A program made the position numbers and the translations under genes. A DNA stretch of 64,000 nucleotides from Catajapyx aquilonaris (Eukaryota). The stretch covers positions 1-64,000 of the forward strand of contig KZ537985.1 in assembly GCA_000934665.2 (NCBI GenBank), read 5' to 3'. The number at the start of each line of letters is the position of its first letter. Within the stretch, counting starts at the first letter, position 1. This document shows, piece by piece, positions 1-8,493 of this stretch. The notes below the pieces were generated by a model that had not been told where the DNA came from, searched no databases, and saw only the letters and a program-made list of their open reading frames with translations.

Positions 1-604
1 TAGAAATGACTGAAACAAGACTGGGCTGCGTAAGATCTTCAACCTTATGGATAAATGTAACCCAGAGATCTTACTTCCGCATTTTACACAATAATTAGAT
101 TTTTTGTATAATGGTGATGATCAAAGCGTCTTTGTTCATCAAGGTATAGTTGTGCAATTTGGGTGCTTATAATAATAATATAATAATAAAAATTAATAAT
201 ATGATAATAAGAATAAACGATAAAAATAAACAAAATTGGTTCATAGATTAGCTGAGTGGTTGGAAGGTTAAATGTTTCACATTATAATAATTCACACATA
301 ATAATATAATATATAATATAATATATAATATAATATATAATATATATTTAGTAAGGATAAAGGATAAATATAATCCTTGAATTAATTAATTTGTTCATCG
401 ATTTACTGAGTAGCTTGAATATTATTTTAATGGTCCACATATTGGCTTATTAGCATTAGGATGGCTGATGGACAAAGGCGCTTTGATCATCACCATGCTA
501 CAAACCTAATTATTGTGTAAAATGCAGAAAGTAAGATCTCTGGGTTACATTTATCCATAAGGTTGAAGATCTTACGCAGCCCAGTCTTGTTTCAGTCATT
601 TCTA
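1..604. mobile_element. Foldback/MITE-like element with ~140 bp inverted arms and AT-rich spacer; may continue past the window edge
   Basis: 1-140 is the near-exact reverse complement of 467-604 (tagaaatgactgaaacaagactgggctgcg... vs ...cgcagcccagtcttgtttcagtcatttcta). The spacer is low-complexity (aat)n/(ata)n. Confidence 0.75.
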
Positions 605-740
605 TCCGTTACTTGGATCTTACTTTCCTTTTTTTTTACAATTCCGTAGGGAATTAGTTTTTGTGATAATTAGATAGTAAACCATTTCTGGGATATTGTT
701 CTTATTACCTTGTGTAGACGATGCCTTACGAGGCAGGTTA

Positions 741-1945
741 CTAGGCACCACCTGCTGCAAGGAGTAGAATGAGTTATATATTTTCCGAAAATAGTTATTG
801 TGCCGGAAGTAATGCCCAGACTGACATTGAAATCGACGATTTTTTTCCAACTCAAAGAGACAAGATAACTTCCCCAAAAATTCTCACTCTAATTACTTAG
901 AAATAAGTGTATCTACGTTAGAAATTAGATGCTTTTATGTACAGTATAGGCAAATCTCGATTTACCTTTCTCTACGTACTGGCGCATGGCTTCCATGTCA
1001 CTGGCTGCAATGAGAAATAATACCATTAAATTTCTTGAGATTTGGGTTGAATTATAACGCGATATTGCTTTCCTGGACTCAAATTATTCGAAAAGAAGGA
1101 AATGTTAAAAATTATGGTACTTTTATACGTTTTCTGATACGGAGAATAAGACAATTTAGTTTCTTAAGATTTAGAGTGAATTTTCTTGGTATACGAGTAT
1201 TTCTCTTTCACTCGAATTACTTAGAAGGAAGTGTAGCCTACGTTAGAAATTGAAGGCTTTTATGTATACAATATAAGCAAGTCTCAATTTACCTTTCATT
1301 TTTTCGCGCATGGCTTCATTTTCAGCTGCAACGAGAAATAATACAATTAACTTTCTTGAAATTTGGGGTGAATGAACTAGATATTCCTTTCTTGGACGCT
1401 GAAGACGCTGACGTCTGGTTGATGCACTAGAATGAAACCCTGTATAGCTAAGGTTCGCGGTTGGCAAAGCCACAATAACGTTCGTTGGCCTGCGGCGCAT
1501 AATCAGGTCCGCATTGTTGTCTGATTCAAAACCCACAATAAGTTGAAAAGTACCGATGGTTTTAGAGTCTCAATTATTACAGGTGAAGTGGGGGAAGTGC
1601 ACACCCGGGGTAAGTGCACTTCCCCCACTTCACCTTAGCCTATTTTTTTCCCTGCAGTGTACACCACTGTCTTTCGCCTTTGCATGATTGAAATGAAGCA
1701 AAGATAAGCTCCTGGATCTGGATAATTGTATGTAATCATCATCTCATTGATATACTCTATAATTTTCGCCAACACTCACATAAACATACATTCCGTTAGA
1801 TCCAGAGAGAGTTTTGATAGTGAAATATAAAAACTGAATGTCTATGTCATAAAATTGAGAGATGTATTGTATTACCTTCCTCTGGAGCTGTCCAAACACT
1901 GATGGCCATGAGGAGGATCAAAAAGCAGAGCAGGAGGAGCTTCAT
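741..1945 (-). CDS. Secreted small-peptide precursor, copy 1 (50-51 aa): MKLLLLCFLILLMAISVWTAPEE-AENEAMREKMK-ASDMEAMRQYVEK-(A)GGA*
   Basis: Exons 1945-1876, 1325-1293, 1004-966, 754(or 751)-741. All introns are GT-AG with pyrimidine tracts and phase 1. The hydrophobic signal-like N-terminus and flanks are paralogous to copies 2 and 3. Confidence 0.75.
1581..1635. repeat. Perfect 22-bp inverted repeat (mini-MITE/hairpin) in intron 1 of peptide copy 1
   Basis: aggtgaagtgggggaagtgcac (1581-1602) and its reverse complement at 1614-1635, with an 11-nt loop. Confidence 0.8.
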
Positions 1946-2816
1946 CTTGGTGCTATTGACTTCTCCGGTTGCTGTTCGACAGGCGTTGCTCTTTTCGTAT
2001 TGTAGCTTTCTGGCAACAGGACTGTTGACTGTTGCCTAGCTAACTGCAACTATGTGGATGCTCTGTCAATATCCTAGGTGACGTGTTGAAATGTGAGTTC
2101 TATAAATCGGCCGTGCTCCTTGTATAGCTTTGTCCCTAATACAATACTGTATATTGCTGACAGTGTTCTATCGCTATTCTCTGTGGTGGTCACGCGCGAG
2201 AGGCTTGAGCCGATTCAGTTACAAATTAGTTCCTATCATTCCATTGTCAACAGTCATACGATAATCATAAGTATATTATAAATAAACTGCGAAGACACAA
2301 TGACGCACAAAGCTCTGATTGTTTCCTATTAATGTGAGCAACAGTTCTTTCGCATTGTCTGGTGATATCCTGCTGTATAGGTTATGTTATCCTTAGATGT
2401 TATTATTCTGGGTGTTTGAAACGCTTCCCATGAAATCTAACAAGTCATGATTCATTACACTGAATGGGTTTTGCGCGTATTTTTAGTACATAATTGTGGT
2501 CAGCTGGCGTCTTCTTCAAAGCTGACTACCACTCTTCGTATGTAATGGATGCATCAATCAACTGTAAAAATAGGAACAGTTACATAAAATAAAAGCCTTC
2601 AAATTCTGCGTCAACGATGGCGGGAATCAATTCGTTTCGCTGAATCACTGAGAATGTTACGATGCAACATATGACAATTAAAAGCAAGGAAATAAAATGT
2701 ATCTTACCGAATCCACCATCCCTTGATCCTACTCGGCGAATTGAGAAATTAAGATGGTTTTTAGATTGTGAAATTTTTGGGGGATTTTGTCCTCATTACC
2801 TTGTTTAGACGCTGCC

Positions 2817-3528
2817 TTACTTGGCAGGTGGATTGTTGGCAACTGCAAAAAAGTACAAGCTAAAATTAGGCACTGAACTTCAGTCTGGCACCGTATTAGG
2901 CCTACATGATGGCTTTTAAAAACTGTAGTCAAGGTTAACCTTAACAATAATATATTATTATTGGCATGTATGGAACCAGGAGCCAATACCGAGCCGAGTT
3001 TATGTGTTCCCATTAGGGTATACCGTTGAGGGTGAAAATCTCAGTTACCGTGCTTAGCAATGGCTTCCGCAAGAGCTGCAAAAAAGAAATAAAACAATTT
3101 AGTTTTTCCAGAATTAGAGTTAATTTTCTCGATATTACTCTTTTTGACTCGAATTACTTAGAAAGAAGTCTTTGTTATAAAATAGACTGTTTTAAATGCA
3201 AGTCTCAATTTACCTTTCATTGATAAACGGATGTCTTCCGGGCCGTCATCTGAAACAAGATATAATACCATTTATTAAGTTTCTTGAGATTTATAGCGAA
3301 TTAACTCGATATTCATTTCGGTTTAACTCTACCAGCGTTTTACGATCCAATTGAAAATATTTTCCGAGGTTCCCTAACCAAGTGTTGAAATGAAATATAC
3401 CGGTAATTATTATAAACTGAATGTCACGTATTTCATAAAATTGAGAGGTGTATTATACCTGGAAGGGGAGCTGTCCGGACACTGATGGCCACGAGGAGGA
3501 TCAAAATGCAGAACAGGAGAAGCTTCAT
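2817..3528 (-). CDS. Secreted small-peptide precursor, copy 2 (52 aa): MKLLLFCILILLVAISVRTAPLP-DDGPEDIRLSMK-ALAEAIAKH-VANNPPAK*
   Basis: Exons 3528-3459, 3249-3214, 3075-3049, 2842-2817. Canonical GT-AG sites, all phase 1. A further donor lies just after the stop (exon end 2800), with a likely 3'UTR exon starting near 2561. Confidence 0.8.
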
Positions 3529-4572
3529 CTTGGTGAGACTGGTGTCTTTGCCGGTTGCTGTTCTAATTGTAGTATCCTGGCAACAGGACTGTTGACCACC
3601 TCTTGACTTAGGCCAAGTTAACTGCAACAATTGATGTTATGTCGATGTGTTGTTGAAATGTGAGCTGAATCGATCGTGCTCCTAGACGAACACCTTGTAG
3701 AGTGGTTGTTACACCAGACCATCTTGTGTTATATCGGTATTCTCTGTGGTGGTCACGTGCGAGAGGCGTGGGCCTCTTTAATCACATAGTTCCTATCATT
3801 CTATTGTTAATAATCAGAAATTATAAATAAACTGCAAAGACCAATGGAAGCACAAAGCTCCGATTGTCATAATACTCTATGCGACAAGCGCTAAATGGAG
3901 GGCATGAGATATCACTTGGTACCCAAGCACATTGCCTCACTATCATCCCACCATTCTGTCTTTTTGTAATTACTAATTAGACGAATGCTGGCCAAAATAT
4001 TGCATTCCAAATCGTCATTCCACATCGCCATTGTATCGCATGCGCCAAGGCCTGATGGTGTCGAGTGTCATGCGGTGAGCAACAAGACTTTCGCATGTCT
4101 GGTGATATACTGTATAGGGTATAGGTTATGTTATGCTGAAATGTTATTATTCTGGGTGTTTGAAACTCTTTCCATGAAACCTTACAAGTCATGATTTATT
4201 ACACTGAATGGGTTTTGCGCGTATTTTAGTACATAATTGTGGTCAGTTGTAGTCTTCTTCAAAGCTGACTACCTCGCTTCGTATGTAATGGAAGCATCAG
4301 TCAGCCGCTGCAAAAATTGGAACAGTTACATAAATAAAGCTTGAAGATCAAAAACCTAATCTTTCAAATTCCGCGTTAAAGGTAGAATCATTGAGTTTCA
4401 CTGAATCACTGAGAACGTTACGATGCAACTTAAATATGACAATTGAAAGCGATAAGGAAATAAAACGTATCTTACCGAATCCAACATCCCCTGGTTCTGC
4501 TCGGCGAATTGAGAAATTAAGATGGTTTTTAGATTGGGAATTTTTGGGGGGATATTGTCCTCATTACCTTGT

Positions 4573-5612
4573 TTAGACGCTGCCTTGCTTGGCGGCAACT
4601 GCAAAAAGTACAAGCTAAAATTAGGCGCTGGACTTCAGGAGGTAAGGGAGGTGTCACTCATTAGTTTCATGAAGGGGCCCTCCTGCCTTATGAGACCATG
4701 TCCTTATTGCTTCAACAAGTTGCGACTTGCAGCAACCCATAACAACTGGCATGGATGTACTGTAGTCAAAGCTAATCCTAACTGACAATTATTATTATTG
4801 GCAAGTTTAGGACAAGGAGCCAATGGCGAATACCGTTGAGGGTGAACGTCTCAGTTACCGTGATTAGCAATGGCTTCCGCAAGACCTGCAAAAAAGAAAT
4901 AAGACAATTTAGTTTTTCCATATTTACAGTGAATTTTCTCGGTATTACTCGAATCACTTAGAAAGACGTGTATGTTATGAATTAGATGGTTTAAAGGCAA
5001 GTCTCAATTTATTTTTATTTATTTTTTATTGATACCCCGTGCTCGAGGCTCGTTTAGGGGGGTGGGCTACCACCATCTGTGGTGAAACTAGTATACTGAA
5101 AGTATTTAGTGTGTTTCACGGGTCGTTAGGAGGGGATGTGCAAAGTGCATGTGCGCTGTCGTTAATTGGTCATTTTGTGAACTCCCCCGGGTGGCTTAGT
5201 CTATCGGAAATTGCCACCCGAAACGAAGCCAGAGATGGCCCAACTCCGCACGAAAGAAGGTGGGAACCCCGGGTGGGGATCGAACCCGGGACCTTAACTT
5301 CCGTGGGCGCGCGCGTTACCGCGGCGCCACTCCGTCTCCCTGGCAAGTCTCAATTTACCTGCTATTATTACACGGATGTCTGGATCGTCAACTGAAACAA
5401 GAAATAATGCAATTTATTAATTTTCTCGGTGTTAATGGCCAACACTCCTCCAAAGATGTTAGTTCCATTGATAGTTTTGATATGAAATATAATTATTATA
5501 AACTGAATGTCGCATATGCCATAAAATTGAGAGGTGTATTACCTGGAAGGGGAGCTGTGCTGACACTGATGGCCACGAGGAGGATCAAAAAGCAGAACAG
5601 GAGAAGCTTCAT
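4573..5612 (-). CDS. Secreted small-peptide precursor, copy 3 (51 aa): MKLLLFCFLILLVAISVSTAPLP-VDDPDIRVIIA-GLAEAIANH-VAAKQGSV*
   Basis: Exons 5612-5543, 5391-5359, 4885-4859, 4598-4573. Same exon structure and phases as copy 2. A minus-strand AATAAA at 4195-4200 lies in the predicted 3'UTR exon. Confidence 0.8.
5012..5341 (-). mobile_element. tRNA-derived SINE (~330 bp) with 16-bp target-site duplication
   Basis: The minus strand starts AGGGAGACGGAGTGGCGCCGCGG (A-box-like), has GGTTCGATCCC (B box) and ends in an A-rich tail. TSD ggcaagtctcaattta at 4996-5011 and 5342-5357. The element is absent from the matching intron of copy 2. Confidence 0.9.
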
Positions 5613-6439
5613 CTTGGTGCGCTTGTGTCTTTGCCGGTTGCTGTTCGAATTGTAGTGTCCTTGCAACAGGACTGTTGACTATCTCCAGGTTAACTGCAAG
5701 AATCGATGTTATGTCAATATCCTGTGTTGTTGAGTGAGTTCTCTGAATCGTTCGTGCTCCTATTAGACGGACACCTTGTAGCGTTGTCCTTAATATATAA
5801 TAGTTCCTGAGTGGTTGTTACGCCATACTCGCTTGTGTTATATCGCTATTCACTGTGGTGGTCACGAGGGAGAGACGTGGGCCTCTTCAATTGCAAATTG
5901 TATAGTTCCTATCATTCCATTGTTAACAATCAGAAATTAGAAATCCACTGCGAAGGCAAATGGAAGCACAAAGCTCCGATTGTAGCTACTACCAAAGCGC
6001 ATTGGCTCACTATCATCCCACCGTTCTACATCTTTTTGTAATATTATTAGACGATGGTTGGCCAAATTGCATTCCAAATCATCATTCCACATCGGCATAT
6101 TGGGTGATTACTAGTAAGCTGTCGCCTGCGCCACTCAGAGCAGCTGGAAAGAATAGTAACTAATAGCCAACCCGCTCTTGTTTACTACTGTATGCCGCGA
6201 ATTAAGTTTGATTATCCCGCCTATTGGAGGCAATTAATATTGTGATCATGATGATAATAATTTTGATTATGGGTGTTTGAAACTGTGGCACCGTTTTAGG
6301 CCTACACGAAATTTTTTTTAAAGGTGCACACTTTCTCTGGAATTATGGTTCCTTTTAAAATGTGAGAAGAAATAATCCTGATTCTTGACGATACCCCCAC
6401 TCACCTATCAGATTATTATTTCTCCTAATAATTCACATA

Positions 6440-6990
6440 GTAGAGGATTAATCCTCCTCATGGCTGATCAGTCACCCAGCAGATTAAATATCCTCCTCAT
6501 GGTTAATAATTATTATCCACGATGAGGATTAATATGCCAGGTGAATTATTACCCATCATGAGAATTATCCTCATGAAGGGGGATTAATCCTCGTCTTGGA
6601 TAGTAATTCCCTTGGAGGATGATAATTCACCTAGCGGATTATCTCATGGCTGATAATTCACCTGACGGATTAATTCATCTCATGGCTGATAATTCACCTA
6701 GCGGATTAATCCTCCTCACGGCTGATAATTCACATAGCGGATTAATCCTCCTCGGGACTGATAATTCACCTGCCGGATTAATCCATCTCATGGCTGATAA
6801 TTCATCCAGCGGATTAATCCTCCTCGGGGATAAATAATTCACCTTGCATATTAATCCTCCTAATGGATAATAAATTGACCTAGCGGATTAATCCATCTCA
6901 TGGCTAATAATAATAATTCACCTAGACTCTTAGAGGATTAATCCTCCTCGTGGATAATAAATTCACCTAGCCGATTAATTCTCCTCGTCT
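6440..6990. repeat. Minisatellite, ~36-bp unit (gctgataattcacctagcggattaatcctcctcatg), degenerate at the edges
   Basis: Direct tandem repeats are visible; the overlapping ORF has a 12-aa periodicity (MADNSPSGLILL). Confidence 0.85.
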
Positions 6991-7118
6991 ATGACACTTT
7001 AAATTCCCAAACAATGAATAAACCAAGGAATAAACCAGCTAAAATGGTAGGTAAGTGGAGGGGGGCGTTATGACTTAAGTTTGGTTTTATGAATGGTCTT
7101 ATGAGGCTATCTCCTCAT

Positions 7119-7430
7119 TCCTGGCAACAGGACTGTTGACTGTTGCTGTTAACTGTAACTCTTGATGTTACGTCGATATCCTGATATGCTATTGAAATTA
7201 GTGAACTTTGAATCTGCCGTGCTCCCTGCATAGTGTTGTCCCTAATATACATAATATAGTTCCTGGGTCTACTCTATTGTTATTTACTGTATAGTGGTCA
7301 CGCGCGAGAGGCGCGAGCCACTTCAGTTACAAATTGTATAGTTCCTCAGTATCATTCCATTGTCAACAATCTTATGATAATCATAAGTTATAAATAAACT
7401 GCGAAAACACAATGACGCACATTGTTTCCG
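7119..7430 (-). pseudogene. Truncated fourth copy of the peptide-gene unit (upstream/5'UTR region only, no coding exon)
   Basis: ctggcaacaggactgttgactgttg...gtggtcacgcgcgagagg...ataaactgcgaa..cacaatgacgcac matches 2010-2310, 3577-3860 and 5660-5980, but homology stops before the ATG exon. Confidence 0.7.
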
Positions 7431-7458
7431 TCATGATATGCAAAACATTCTATCAACA

Positions 7459-7674
7459 CAGGGTGTTCCAAGTATCAGGGTCATTTTTAGTTATCGCTAA
7501 TATCGACATATTTGGTGTAGCGTGTTGTGCCCCCAATCCAGGTGTCCAATGATACGGTATAGAAAAGTTTTTATGCCGTACAGTTGGACACCTGGATTGA
7601 GGGCACAACAAGCTAGGCTACACAGAAATAACTATTGTCGATATTAGCGATAGCTAAAGACAACCCATTGGAAC
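7459..7674. mobile_element. Palindromic MITE-like element
   Basis: Arms such as ttagttatcgctaatatcgaca / tgtcgatattagcgatagctaa and tgttgtgcccccaatccaggtgtccaa / ttggacacctggattgagggcacaaca are reverse complements. The left end cagggtg resembles Tc1/mariner termini. Confidence 0.7.
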
Positions 7675-8493
7675 GTATGAGGAGGCGGAGTCACCCTAAC
7701 CATGTCTCAATCGTGTCTATACATGATATGAAATACGGGATTAAAATACAACTTGAAATTCATGGGCTGAGATGGTCCAATTCGTACGTGAGGATATCAA
7801 TATTAAGACCTTTAAGGCAATGATGTATGGATGTGGGAAGGTCTGATGTGGGGAGAAGAAAACGCCCTCCCCCATCTCCTTGTATAGTTCATCATTGGTT
7901 AATCCTTGTCTATAACGACTGGGCCATGCCCCACTCCATTTAAGCGTTTTACGTGACTAGAATATTTTCCGATCTGGATCCGGTCCACTTCAAACCCCGT
8001 TCGCAATAGCTCCCATATTTCCCCAAGCTTCTTCTTCCCCCATAAGATTGATGCCTTCACCCTGATGGCTGAGTTGCGATTATGACCCTCCCGGTGCCAG
8101 AACGCGGTAACGAACCTCCAGAATTAAATAACCCGCACCGGTCAAGCCAGTTTTTTGCACTATTTATCGATACTACCTCTTCCAAAAAAAAAGTTTGATC
8201 AAGATCGTCAGTCCTGGTGATATATTGGTCTGGAACAACCTTTAGTTTGATTTATGTCCTGTGGACCTCCAGTTCCATTCATTCTTCTTGGAGTGGCAAA
8301 GGGTCAAGGGTGTTTAAGCCTAATAAGTTGTCTCCTGGAAAAGTATAGGTGAAAGTGTGGGAGGTTCTAGGTGCAAATGTGTAGGGCGGGGTTCTCTTTG
8401 ACACGACCAGAAAGGGATGGTTGGCATGGGTGGAAATCAGATCCTTTTGTGGATGGTGACCTGTGTGATTGATTGACCTTGTCCATCTTGCAG

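Noticed and set aside
5250..5341. tRNA gene calls at ~5250-5341, ~26385-26470, ~45690-45760 and ~59070-59125
   Set aside because: A/B boxes are present but there is no complete cloverleaf; two have SINE bodies, tails and TSDs.
6619..6837. ORF with 12-aa repeats, and the 36-bp repeats as a possible CRISPR array
   Set aside because: Head-to-tail minisatellite with no unique spacers and no cas genes, in a eukaryotic context; neighbouring units contain stops and indels.
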